The notes under the pieces were generated by a model. It had not been told where the DNA came from, ran no database searches, and saw nothing but the letters and a program-made list of their open reading frames with translations. From a bacterium (GTDB taxonomy: Bacteria; Patescibacteriota; Patescibacteriia; UBA1558; UBA10009): 64,000 nt of DNA. The DNA is taken from positions 432,679 to 496,678 of the forward strand of contig JABHGM010000001.1 of assembly GCA_018672055.1 (NCBI GenBank). Direction: 5' to 3'. The position numbers were made by a program, and so were the translations under genes. Shown piece after piece: positions 29,394 to 39,187 of the stretch. The first letter of the stretch is position 1; each line of letters begins with the position of its first letter.

Positions 29394-30152
29394 ATGGTTA
29401 AAAAAGTTAAGAAGATAGCAGCTCGTTTTAAGCCTCGTGTTAAGACAGTTATTTCAGAAGACGAAACTACAGCTTCATCATGGAGAATATTTAAAATATT
29501 AGGAGAGTTTGTAGGTGGCTTTGAATTTTTAAGACGTTATGATGCTGCAGTAACATTTTTTGGATCAGCTCGTTGCGGTCCTCAACAGAAAATGTATAAA
29601 GAAGCAACTAAGCTAGCTAAGATAGTTTCTAAAATGGGCTTTGCTGTTATAACAGGTGGTGGACCGGGTATCATGGAAGCGGCTAATAAAGGAGCTACAG
29701 AAGCAAAAGGGGTAAGTGTTGGTTTAAATATTCAGTTACCTGACGAACAACGTATTAATAAGTATGTTAAAGAGTCTCATGCCTTCCATTATTTTTTTAC
29801 TCGTAAAGTTATGCTTTCCTATGCTTCAGAAATATATGTAGTCTTCCCTGGTGGTTTTGGTACTATTGATGAACTCTTTGAATTACTAACTTTAGTCCAA
29901 ACTAGAAAAATATGCCCAGTACCTTTAATCTTAGTAGGTAAAGAATATTGGCAACCTCTACTTGATTGGTTGGAAAATACTATGTATGAGGGATATAAGC
30001 ATATTGATAAAGCAGATCTTAAAATATTCAAGCTAGTAGACAGTGCAGAAGAGGCTACAAAGCATATTGAACAGCTAATTAAAGACAAAAAAATAACTAC
30101 AGCTAACGAACAACCCGTTGAATATACCAGTGAAGTTAAAATTCAGAAATAA
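29394..30152 (+). CDS. LOG family (TIGR00730) nucleotide phosphoribohydrolase
   Basis: FFGSAR, TGGGPGIMEAANKGA, FFTRKVM, PGGFGTIDE. Confidence 0.92.
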   Translation: MVKKVKKIAARFKPRVKTVISEDETTASSWRIFKILGEFVGGFEFLRRYDAAVTFFGSARCGPQQKMYKEATKLAKIVSKMGFAVITGGGPGIMEAANKGATEAKGVSVGLNIQLPDEQRINKYVKESHAFHYFFTRKVMLSYASEIYVVFPGGFGTIDELFELLTLVQTRKICPVPLILVGKEYWQPLLDWLENTMYEGYKHIDKADLKIFKLVDSAEEATKHIEQLIKDKKITTANEQPVEYTSEVKIQK

Positions 30153-30247
30153 GAGGTTTCTGGTGTTTTTTTAAGAATTTGCTATAATATAAAGGATTTT
30201 TGAGTTATCCACAATAAAATCAAATTAATAATTAATAATATAAAAGT

Positions 30248-30529
30248 ATGGGAAAATTAACTAAATCACAACTCATGGACAAATTAGCAGAAGTTAATGA
30301 TATGAGTAAAAAAGAAGTAGTAGCTTTTATGGAAAATTTCGTTAGCTTAGCTTACGAAGAAGTTAAGGGTAATGGCGAATTCATAATTCCAGGTATTGGT
30401 AAGATGGTAAAAGCACATAGAAAAGCCAGAATGGGAAGAAATCCAGCAACTGGTGAAAGTATCCAGATTCAAGCTAAAACTGTTGTTAAATTCAGATTAG
30501 CTAAAGCTGCTAAGGACGCCGTACTATAG
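30248..30529 (+). CDS. hup: HU family DNA-binding protein
   Basis: RKARMGRNPATGESIQI..KTVVKF. Confidence 0.95.
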   Translation: MGKLTKSQLMDKLAEVNDMSKKEVVAFMENFVSLAYEEVKGNGEFIIPGIGKMVKAHRKARMGRNPATGESIQIQAKTVVKFRLAKAAKDAVL

Positions 30530-30549
30530 ATTATATTAATATTCAAGAT

Positions 30550-30583
30550 AAACCCAGTTTTTATTTATAAAAACTGGGTTTTT
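30550..30583 (+). terminator. hup terminator
   Basis: AAACCCAGTTTTTAT...ATAAAAACTGGGTTT long inverted repeat followed by Ts. Confidence 0.85.
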
Positions 30584-30620
30584 GTGCTATACTCCTATAT
30601 ATTATTCACTAATATTAAAT

Positions 30621-31358
30621 ATGAATCAAGAAAATAAGAAATTACTATTACTAGGTTTGTTTGTTATGTCTCTTATACTTGCTAACGTATTAGGAGCTAA
30701 AATAACTGATTTTGATATACCTAGTTGGTTAGCTATGCCATTTAATGTTATCTTTGCGCCTATTGTTTGGTTATTTAACCAATTACTTAATTTAACAGGT
30801 AATAACCTTTTAAGTTATAAATTCTTCAATACAGTGCATGTTTCAGTAGGTATTTTAACAGTACCACTTATGTTTTTAATAACTGACATAGTTGCTGAAG
30901 TATGGGGTAAACAAGTAACTAAGCAGTTTATTAAAATAGGTATTATTTCTATGTTGGTTATGATTGTAATAACTACTATATCAGTATTATTACCACCTGC
31001 TGAAAGATTTGTTAGTATGAATGAATCATATAAATCTATATTTACTGTTTCAATTAGAATGGCCATAGCTTCTATTTTAGCTTTTACTTTATCTCAGATG
31101 CATGATGTATGGGCTTTTCATTTTTGGAAAGCTAAGACTCAATCAAAATATTTATGGCTTAGAAATAACCTATCTACAATTGTGAGTCAATTAATAGATT
31201 CTACAGTATTTATGTTTGTGGCTTTCTATAATCCAGCTACTTTTCCAGCTACATTTGTTATTAAATTAATATTACCTTATTATATCTTCAAAATATTATT
31301 TGCTTTACTGGATACACCACTAGCTTATCTAGGTGTTTGGTGGGCTAAAAAGAAATAA
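30621..31358 (+). CDS. yhhQ: Queuosine precursor transporter (YhhQ/Vut_1 family)
   Basis: FLITDIVAEVWG, ASILAF..SQ..D, LWLRNNLST..SQLIDS..F. Confidence 0.9.
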   Translation: MNQENKKLLLLGLFVMSLILANVLGAKITDFDIPSWLAMPFNVIFAPIVWLFNQLLNLTGNNLLSYKFFNTVHVSVGILTVPLMFLITDIVAEVWGKQVTKQFIKIGIISMLVMIVITTISVLLPPAERFVSMNESYKSIFTVSIRMAIASILAFTLSQMHDVWAFHFWKAKTQSKYLWLRNNLSTIVSQLIDSTVFMFVAFYNPATFPATFVIKLILPYYIFKILFALLDTPLAYLGVWWAKKK

Positions 31359-31488
31359 TATATTAAAAAAAATCATTAATAATTAATTTATTAGTGATTT
31401 TTTTAATAACTGTTGATAAGTATCTGTAAAATTAGGTAAATTTATGGTATAATAAGCTCAAGTTCCAAGAGATATTTTTTGGATATTT

Positions 31489-32049
31489 ATGAGTTATCAT
31501 AATAAAACAAAGACCTCAAAACAAAAAATATTAACTACCTCACCTAAACGTGGTATCTCTTACTATCTATACATTTTTTCTAAGAGATTATTAAAACCTA
31601 TTAATATATTAAAGATCAAAGATAAATTAAAATCTTTGATTTTATTGTTGTTTAATAAAGTATTTCCTCCTGTACCTAAGAGATTATTAAAGTTAGAGAA
31701 GGTAAATAAAGTAAAGAAAAGTACCTCAAAAGAAATAGTCTTACCTCTTTACTTTGGCTGGGAATTAGTAATTAGAAGAATAGAGAATTGGCAACAACAT
31801 ATAATAGGTCCTTTTAAGAAGTATTGGCAGTATATGAGTGTTGTTATGGTATTTATTGTAATAATTGGTACATTTTTCTTAGTTAGAGATTCTGAACCAA
31901 TTAAAGCGGGTACTTACAGTTTTACTCAAACTGGCTGGACAGCCTCATCTACTAACACAGGGGCTCATACAACAGATCAATCTGGTTGGACTGATTATTG
32001 GAGTGAGTATAATGTAGCTACTTCATCAGGAATAACTATATCTAGATAA
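31489..32049 (+). CDS. Membrane-anchored hypothetical protein resembling the N-terminus of a surface protein
   Basis: Basic N-region, TM ending IKA, short T/S/W-rich tail; TAATG overlap with the next gene. Confidence 0.65.
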   Translation: MSYHNKTKTSKQKILTTSPKRGISYYLYIFSKRLLKPINILKIKDKLKSLILLLFNKVFPPVPKRLLKLEKVNKVKKSTSKEIVLPLYFGWELVIRRIENWQQHIIGPFKKYWQYMSVVMVFIVIIGTFFLVRDSEPIKAGTYSFTQTGWTASSTNTGAHTTDQSGWTDYWSEYNVATSSGITISR

Positions 32050-35000
32050 TGAAATATTTAAAAAACAATTCAAAATTATTACTTTCTATATTATTTATAG
32101 TCGGTTTTACTTTTTTTAATATTCAAAGCATAAAAGCAGCTACAATTACCTGGGATGGTAGTGAATCAGTTACTTGGGCAACAGATGATAATTGGGTGGG
32201 TGGTACAGCTCCTGTATCAGGAGATGATGTTGTTATTAATGGAAGTTACGCTAGTGCTCCAACCCTAGATTTAACAGGTGGTTCTGCTACTTTTAACTCA
32301 GTAACTGTTGGTTCTTCTGCTGATTCTATACTTACTATATCTAACTCAACAACTACTAAGAAATTAATAACTACTGCTAATTTTACAATTGGTGCTAATG
32401 GTACTACTACTCATACAGCTAATGGTGGTGTTCAAACTCATAGTTTAGTAATTGATGTTGGTGGTGATGCTCTTATTACTGGATATATGGATGTTAATGG
32501 TAAAGGGCATAGTAGTGGTCAAGGGCCTGGAACTGGAGGAACTCAGGGTCAGTATTCAACGGACGGTGGTGCAAGTTATGGTGGCTTGGGTACAGCCGGG
32601 TATAGTGCTGTTGTAGCAGGATCAGTTTATGGTAGCTTGTCATCACCAGCTGAATTAGGTTCAGGTGGTGGAGGAAGTGGTAGTGGTTCAGGTGGTGGTG
32701 CTATAAAACTTAGTGTCACAGGAACATTGACAGTTAATGGATGGATCTTGTCTAGAGGCGGTGATGCAAGTCTTGCTACGGGTGATGCTGGGGGTTCAGG
32801 TGGTAGTATTTGGCTTGTCGCAGGAACTATTACCGGCTCTGGAACTATAGCTGCTAATGGTGGTGATGGTGGTATGGAAGGATATAATAGCAGAGATGGT
32901 GGAAGTGGTGGTGGTGGTCGTATTGCAATTTATTACACTACTAATACTCATAGTGGTACGGTTTCTGTTTATGGATCTTCTATGAATGCTGCACATATAT
33001 CAACCTCAGGTACGGTTTATGATAAAGATACAGATGATTCATATGGAAGTTTAACAATAAATAATAATGGTAATAATTCCATTTTAAGTACTCCATTAAT
33101 TGATGGAACATATAACTTTAAAGGATTTACAGCGTCAGGTTTAGCTGAAGTATTATTATCTGCTAGTGATATTATAAATACTGAGACAATAACTTTGTCA
33201 GCTTCTTCTACATTACTTAATACAGATGCAGCAATTACTGTAACTTCATCGTTTACTATATCTAATGGAGCTCAATATGAGCAAAGTGAAACCGCTTCTT
33301 TAACTGCAACAGCGGCTAGTTTTACAGCAGCGGCTGGTGCAGGACCTACTTTTTGGGATATTCATAAGGATGGGTCTACACCAACGTTTACTAGTGCAAC
33401 TATTGCATCTGGAGCGACTCTTACTCATTCGGCGCAGGCCACAGCACATACATATTCTTTGAAACTTGCTGTTTCTGGTAATATGACAGTTACAGGTGAT
33501 ATAAATGTTAATGATAGAGGGTATAGATATGGTCAAGGTCCTGGAACTGGAGGAACTAAGGGTCAGTATTCAACGGACGGGGGCGCAAGTTATGGCGGAT
33601 TGGGTACACTCGGGTATGGTATTGCAGCAGGAGTAGTTTATGGCTATCAATATGCGCCAATTGATATTGGTTCAGGTGGCGGTGGTAGTACTGGTAGTGG
33701 TTCAGGTGGCGGCGCTATTAAACTTATAGCTGGTGGAATATTTACAGTTAATGGATCTATTCTCTCTAGCGGTGGTGATGCAGGTTCAAGCACTGGTGAT
33801 GCCGGAGGTTCAGGTGGTAGTATTTGGATTGAGGGTGAAACTATTACCGGCTCTGGAACTATAGCTGCTAATGGCGGTGATGGTGGTGTAGAGGGATATT
33901 CTAGTAGAGATGGCGGTGGTGGCGGTGGTGGTCGTATGATTATCTATCATACATTAACTGAAAGTTTAGATGGAACGATTACAGTAACTGGTGGTAATGG
34001 GAATAATAATGGTATGGCTTCTGATGGCACTCTTAATAGATATGCTACTTACGGAGAACTTGTTTCTTCACCATATAACACAGAAGATTCAGCTGTTATC
34101 CTTGAAGGTATAGTTTGGATAGAAGATGCAACACTTCCTGCAACAACTACAGTAACTTTATATTTAAGAACAGGTTCAAATCAGGCTAATTTGCTTGCTG
34201 CTTCTTGGTCAGAGATAGCCTCATCTACTTCTAGTGGTCTTTTAACAACAGGTGCTACTAAGGATACAGGTACTGTAACTGTAGCTTCTACTACTCTTCC
34301 GGCTGCCATGAAAGATGGATCTGATGATCAATGGATACAATACAAGGTAGCCATAACTTCAACTACAGCTTCAACTCCTACAATTACTAGTATTCAAGTC
34401 TCATATATTTCTAATTCAGCTCCATCTGTTCAAGGAGTAACTGCTTCTCAAGACTCAGATGGTAATATTGATATAGTCTATGCAGTTCTAGACTCAGATA
34501 CTGATGAAGGTTCAGTTCAATCAGGGTATATAACTCCATCTTTTGAATATTCTTTAGATAATGGTTCAACGTGGACTACAATAACAACAGGTTTAAATTC
34601 AACAGCTACCAATAATGTAGTGGTAACTCAAGGTAGTTACGCGACGTACACGGCGACGTGGTTGCCGAGACAGCAGATAGACGGAAACTATGCAGCGCAA
34701 GGTATGATTAGAGCTATTGCTTCTGATGGAGAAGCTGCTAATGCTATTGGTTCATCAACATCTATTGCCTTTGCTTTAGATGCTAAGTCTCCTGCTGCCG
34801 GATCTCCAGCAATTGTAATTGTTGCAACTACTACTCCTGCAAGTTTAACAATATCTGCAACAGATGATACTTCAATGACTATGAAGATATCTCTAGATAG
34901 TGATTTTTCTAGCGGATCATTTGTATCATATAACTCAACTTCAACCGTATCTTTAGTTGATGATCCAGATACTGTATATATTCAATTTAAAGATGCTAAT

Positions 35001-35345
35001 TCAAATAGTACAACAGCTAGTATTTTAACTCCTAATACTCCAGCTAATGTTATGATTCAAGACACAACTAATGTAACAGCTGACCCTGATGAAAGTAGGT
35101 TGTTTATCGCTTGGTCTGTTGTTGATGATCCAGCTATTGGTTTTTCTAGATATGAAGTATATAGATCAACAGATCAATCAACATATACTTTAGTTGGTTC
35201 TAGTACAACCCGTACTCTAAACTATTATGGAGATAATTCAGTAGCAGCTTCTACTACTTACTATTACAAAGTAGCTACTCTAGATACTAATGGTAATACC
35301 TCATATATGTCATCTGCTGTATATGGTTTGGCTAATGGTATTTAA
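32049..35345 (+). CDS. Large secreted Gly/Ser/Thr-rich surface protein, N-terminal part (ends at an in-frame TAA)
   Basis: Signal peptide, two Gly-rich repeats, FN3-like domain; the frame continues past TAA 35343-35345. Confidence 0.8.
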   Translation: MKYLKNNSKLLLSILFIVGFTFFNIQSIKAATITWDGSESVTWATDDNWVGGTAPVSGDDVVINGSYASAPTLDLTGGSATFNSVTVGSSADSILTISNSTTTKKLITTANFTIGANGTTTHTANGGVQTHSLVIDVGGDALITGYMDVNGKGHSSGQGPGTGGTQGQYSTDGGASYGGLGTAGYSAVVAGSVYGSLSSPAELGSGGGGSGSGSGGGAIKLSVTGTLTVNGWILSRGGDASLATGDAGGSGGSIWLVAGTITGSGTIAANGGDGGMEGYNSRDGGSGGGGRIAIYYTTNTHSGTVSVYGSSMNAAHISTSGTVYDKDTDDSYGSLTINNNGNNSILSTPLIDGTYNFKGFTASGLAEVLLSASDIINTETITLSASSTLLNTDAAITVTSSFTISNGAQYEQSETASLTATAASFTAAAGAGPTFWDIHKDGSTPTFTSATIASGATLTHSAQATAHTYSLKLAVSGNMTVTGDINVNDRGYRYGQGPGTGGTKGQYSTDGGASYGGLGTLGYGIAAGVVYGYQYAPIDIGSGGGGSTGSGSGGGAIKLIAGGIFTVNGSILSSGGDAGSSTGDAGGSGGSIWIEGETITGSGTIAANGGDGGVEGYSSRDGGGGGGGRMIIYHTLTESLDGTITVTGGNGNNNGMASDGTLNRYATYGELVSSPYNTEDSAVILEGIVWIEDATLPATTTVTLYLRTGSNQANLLAASWSEIASSTSSGLLTTGATKDTGTVTVASTTLPAAMKDGSDDQWIQYKVAITSTTASTPTITSIQVSYISNSAPSVQGVTASQDSDGNIDIVYAVLDSDTDEGSVQSGYITPSFEYSLDNGSTWTTITTGLNSTATNNVVVTQGSYATYTATWLPRQQIDGNYAAQGMIRAIASDGEAANAIGSSTSIAFALDAKSPAAGSPAIVIVATTTPASLTISATDDTSMTMKISLDSDFSSGSFVSYNSTSTVSLVDDPDTVYIQFKDANSNSTTASILTPNTPANVMIQDTTNVTADPDESRLFIAWSVVDDPAIGFSRYEVYRSTDQSTYTLVGSSTTRTLNYYGDNSVAASTTYYYKVATLDTNGNTSYMSSAVYGLANGI
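32490..33950 (+). repeat. Internal ~450-bp duplication (offset 1014 bp) encoding Gly-rich GQGPGTGG...GGSGGSIW...GGGGR modules
   Basis: Near-identical DNA at 32517/33531 and 32826/33840. Confidence 0.9.
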
Positions 35346-37856
35346 GATTCAGGTGAAGGTGGAGGCGGATCTGATGTAACAGCTCCAACTATTTCAAACA
35401 TTGCAACATCAACAGTATCAACAGCACAAGCTACTATTACATGGGATACTAATGAATTGTCTAACTCAACAATTGGTTATTCAACAGCTACTAGTACCTT
35501 TACTACAGAAACAGGTGTTGCTACATATTTAAATAACTCTTCTGGTGTTGGTCAACACAGCGTTACCCTGACTGGTTTGTCAGCTAATACAAGATACTAC
35601 TTTAAAGTAATATCAACAGACGTATCATCTAATACAGCTTCTTCTACAAATAGCATAGTAGGCTATACTTTTGTTACACAATCAGGTCCAATTATTTCTT
35701 CTGTTTCTGCTTCATCTATTTTAAATACACAAGCAACTGTTACCTGGAACAGCGATACATCGTCTGATTCTACGGTATATTATTCAACTAATTCAGATTT
35801 ATCCAGTCCATCATCTGTAACTAGCGCTTCATCTGTTACGGCTCATTCCATAGCTTTAACAGGTTTAACATCTGGAACTAGATATTATTTTTACGTAACA
35901 TCAGGTGTTGGTACTGATAATAGCTCAGGGAGCTATTACAGCTTTGTTACAACGTCAGATTCTACTGGACCTGTTATTTCATCAATATCTGAGAGTTTAA
36001 CTACAGACGATGATGTCATAGTAGCCTGGACTACTGACGAAGGAGCAACCTCACAAGTACGATATGGTATTACTTCTGGTGTTTATCCAACAACAACTAC
36101 TGTAACTACTGATTACAATACAGCACATAGTGTTAATATTTCTAGCCTATCTAATGATACTACTTACTACTATACTGTTATGTCTGTTGATGCTTCTGGC
36201 AATGGTTCTACTTCTACAGAAGAATCATTTGCCACACTTGAATTACTATATCAACAAACAGCAGTTACTACCCTAGAGGATGCTGCTCAGGCTCTTGGAC
36301 AATCTCAGGGTAATACAGTTTATGTTTATTCAGGTGGCGGCGGTGGTAGTACTATTATTGTTAACAAAGAAGATTCAACTGCACCTACTATTTCTAATGT
36401 TATTGTTGATATTGGATCTCAAGATATGGAGATTACATTTACTGTTGATGAAGATGCAATTTCATTTGTTCAGTTTGGCTTAGATAATAATTATTCTCGT
36501 ACTATTGGTAATCCAACTTTTAGTCAGTCACATGATTTAAAACTTGATTATTTAAGTCCTAAAACTGAATATCATTATCAAACTATCATAATTGATGATT
36601 TTGGTAATATTACTTCGACTACAGATAGTATCTTCACAACCCTAGCTTTAGGTGAAGATAATGTAGTAGATTTACCAGATGAAGATGAAGATCAGGATTC
36701 AGATACAAATATTGAAATAACAGATGAAGGAGATGATTCTTTTGTTGAAACAATTAAAAAAGCAGCAAATAATATTAAAGAATATTTTAATAATAAATTC
36801 TCAGAAGTATCAATCAGTGCTTTTGAAGAAGGTTTAATAGAACAATATGATTCTTTGAAAGAACTAGCAGAGTTTGTACCACCCCCAATAATTAGTGGTG
36901 AGCCAGTTATTGTAACCGGTTCTACTGATATTACTATTTCTTGGGAAACAGATAAGGATTCTAATTCTTTAATTGCTTTTGCACCAGAAGATTATTTCTT
37001 TAATCAAAATGAATACTTCCAAACAGTAGGTGATCCAGAAGAGTATGTTACAGATCATATAGTAACAGCAGCAGGCTTAGAACCAGATACTATATATCAT
37101 TATCAAGTAAGAAGTAAACAAGAAATAGGTACTCAGGCTCAATCAAAAGATTTTATTTTTAGAACTAGACCACAATCTGCAGAGATTGAGAATTATACTA
37201 CAGAATTAATATCTTCTTCTGAAGCTAGATTTAGATGGGTAACCTCAGTAGAAACTGATTCAGAAGTATCATATACCCCATATATTGATGGAGTACTAGC
37301 CATAGATCAAGAAAGAACTGCAAGTGATGATAGTTTTACTACTATTCATGAAATTAGTATTGAAGCATTTGAATCAGGTATTGATTATCAAATAGAGTTA
37401 TCAGGTGAAGATTTAGGCGGTAATAGGATAAGTAGAGTAATATCTAGATTCTCAACTTCAGATGATGATCTAGCTCCTGAGATTCAACAAGTTAAAACTG
37501 ATGCAGCGTTGTCACTTGGTAAAGAGACTAAAGTACAAGCTATTATTTCATGGACTACTAATGAACTTTCAACCTCACGTGTATACTATCAACAAGGAGT
37601 AGTTAAATCAGGTGACGAGCTAACAGAAGCGACACCTATTGAAAAGAATCTAACCAGACAACATGTTATGGTAATTACTGACTTTAAACTAGGTGCTATC
37701 TACAGATTCCAAGTTGAGAGTACTGATTCTGGTGGTAATACAATTAGATCTAGAACATATACTTTATTAACACCAAGAAAGTCTAAATCAGTCTTCCAGG
37801 TTATTATGAGAAACATAGAAGGTACCTTTGGTTGGCTAGGTTTATTTGAAGAATAA
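35346..37856 (+). CDS. C-terminal part of the same surface protein: tandem FN3/purple-acid-phosphatase-N-like domains
   Basis: In frame with the upstream ORF (37 sense codons precede the track's TTG at 35457); repeated W.T...S.S.V.Y...H...L..L...T.Y.Y motifs. Confidence 0.8.
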   Translation, partial: DSGEGGGGSDVTAPTISNIATSTVSTAQATITWDTNELSNSTIGYSTATSTFTTETGVATYLNNSSGVGQHSVTLTGLSANTRYYFKVISTDVSSNTASSTNSIVGYTFVTQSGPIISSVSASSILNTQATVTWNSDTSSDSTVYYSTNSDLSSPSSVTSASSVTAHSIALTGLTSGTRYYFYVTSGVGTDNSSGSYYSFVTTSDSTGPVISSISESLTTDDDVIVAWTTDEGATSQVRYGITSGVYPTTTTVTTDYNTAHSVNISSLSNDTTYYYTVMSVDASGNGSTSTEESFATLELLYQQTAVTTLEDAAQALGQSQGNTVYVYSGGGGGSTIIVNKEDSTAPTISNVIVDIGSQDMEITFTVDEDAISFVQFGLDNNYSRTIGNPTFSQSHDLKLDYLSPKTEYHYQTIIIDDFGNITSTTDSIFTTLALGEDNVVDLPDEDEDQDSDTNIEITDEGDDSFVETIKKAANNIKEYFNNKFSEVSISAFEEGLIEQYDSLKELAEFVPPPIISGEPVIVTGSTDITISWETDKDSNSLIAFAPEDYFFNQNEYFQTVGDPEEYVTDHIVTAAGLEPDTIYHYQVRSKQEIGTQAQSKDFIFRTRPQSAEIENYTTELISSSEARFRWVTSVETDSEVSYTPYIDGVLAIDQERTASDDSFTTIHEISIEAFESGIDYQIELSGEDLGGNRISRVISRFSTSDDDLAPEIQQVKTDAALSLGKETKVQAIISWTTNELSTSRVYYQQGVVKSGDELTEATPIEKNLTRQHVMVITDFKLGAIYRFQVESTDSGGNTIRSRTYTLLTPRKSKSVFQVIMRNIEGTFGWLGLFEE

Positions 37857-39186
37857 TATGAAACCAATAATAGAAACAAAAAAATTAAATGTAACTTATT
37901 TTAAGGGTCAAGAGAATGAAATTAGGGCTCTTAAAAATATTGATATACAAATATATCCAGGTGAATTTGTAATATTTTATGGTCCTTCAGGTTGCGGTAA
38001 ATCTACAATTCTTTATTCTATTGCTGGTTTAGAAAGGCATATGGAAGGTGAGATTACAATTAATGGTGTTAATTATATGGATTTTAGTGAAAAAGATTTT
38101 GAAAAATTACATCAAGAAGAAATGGGTATGATATTTCAAGCCTATTATTTAATACCTTCAATGTCTGTGATTGATAATGTACTTTTACCTCAAGTTGCTA
38201 TGGATATGGAAAAGAAAAAAAGACAAAAACGTGGTTCAGAAGTTTTAAAGTATTTTAATATCGAAGCACAAGCAAATAAAATGCCTCAAGAACTATCAGG
38301 TGGTCAGCAACAAAGGGTAGCCATTAGTAGAGCTATTATTAATGACCCGAATATAATTTTAGCTGACGAACCTGTTGGTAATTTAGATTCTAAATCAGCT
38401 TCTGATGTAATGGAATTATTTAAACAATTAAATATTCATCAGAAAAAAACAATCATCATGGTAACTCATGACCCATCTCGTTTAGATATAGCAGATAGGG
38501 TTTTTTATATTAAAGATGGTTATTTAACAGATACTAAGGTTAATAAAGCTAAATATTATAGACCTACAATTACTGATGAAATATCTAAAGATTTTAAACA
38601 ATTATCTAAAACTCATAAGGCTATAACTTCTATTGAAAATGATTTAGATTTAGAAGACTATAAGTCAAAGAATTTAGCTTTAGAAGTATTAACAGGTTTG
38701 TCATATGGCGAATTTGAAGTAATTCAAAATCATGTTGATAAGTTGCTTAATATGGAAGGTGCTGTTAATTACAATGAAATGTATAATTTTTTTGATAAGA
38801 ATAGCAGAGAGGGCGGTCTTGATATGGATGTTAGAAAAGCTAAGAAATTAATGTTTCAACTTAAAGACATGGTTGAAGTTATAAAACAACTTAAAAATGG
38901 CAAACTTGATATTAACGAAGAAGTAAGTTTAATTAGAAAGTATATTTTTGGTGTGTTTAATATTAATATTGAAGATGAAAAAGTTTTAAAAATAGTTAAT
39001 AAAGTAATATTTGAAAGATTACAAAATAAGATTGATATGATAGCAGTTCAAGTAATTTTTGATTTACCCTTTTCAGAAGGTGGTGTTGGTTTAGATATTC
39101 GTGTAGCTCACAAAGTTTCTAAAAGACTTGAATTATTAATTTTAGGAAAATATAAGATAGTTAAACCATCATTTAATAAGATTTAA
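37846..39186 (+). CDS. MacB/LolD-type ABC transporter ATP-binding protein with C-terminal extension
   Basis: GPSGCGKST, LSGGQQQRVAISRA, LADEPVGNLD, MVTHD. Confidence 0.93.
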   Translation: MKNNMKPIIETKKLNVTYFKGQENEIRALKNIDIQIYPGEFVIFYGPSGCGKSTILYSIAGLERHMEGEITINGVNYMDFSEKDFEKLHQEEMGMIFQAYYLIPSMSVIDNVLLPQVAMDMEKKKRQKRGSEVLKYFNIEAQANKMPQELSGGQQQRVAISRAIINDPNIILADEPVGNLDSKSASDVMELFKQLNIHQKKTIIMVTHDPSRLDIADRVFYIKDGYLTDTKVNKAKYYRPTITDEISKDFKQLSKTHKAITSIENDLDLEDYKSKNLALEVLTGLSYGEFEVIQNHVDKLLNMEGAVNYNEMYNFFDKNSREGGLDMDVRKAKKLMFQLKDMVEVIKQLKNGKLDINEEVSLIRKYIFGVFNINIEDEKVLKIVNKVIFERLQNKIDMIAVQVIFDLPFSEGGVGLDIRVAHKVSKRLELLILGKYKIVKPSFNKI

Positions 39187-39187
39187 A

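Noticed and set aside
30530-30620. preQ1 riboswitch upstream of yhhQ
   Set aside because: The region is only the hup terminator plus an extended -10; no preQ1 aptamer pattern is visible
32490-33950. DGR template/variable repeat pair in the surface protein
   Set aside because: Both copies are coding and in frame, differences are not adenine-specific, and there is no reverse transcriptase; this is an ordinary internal domain duplication
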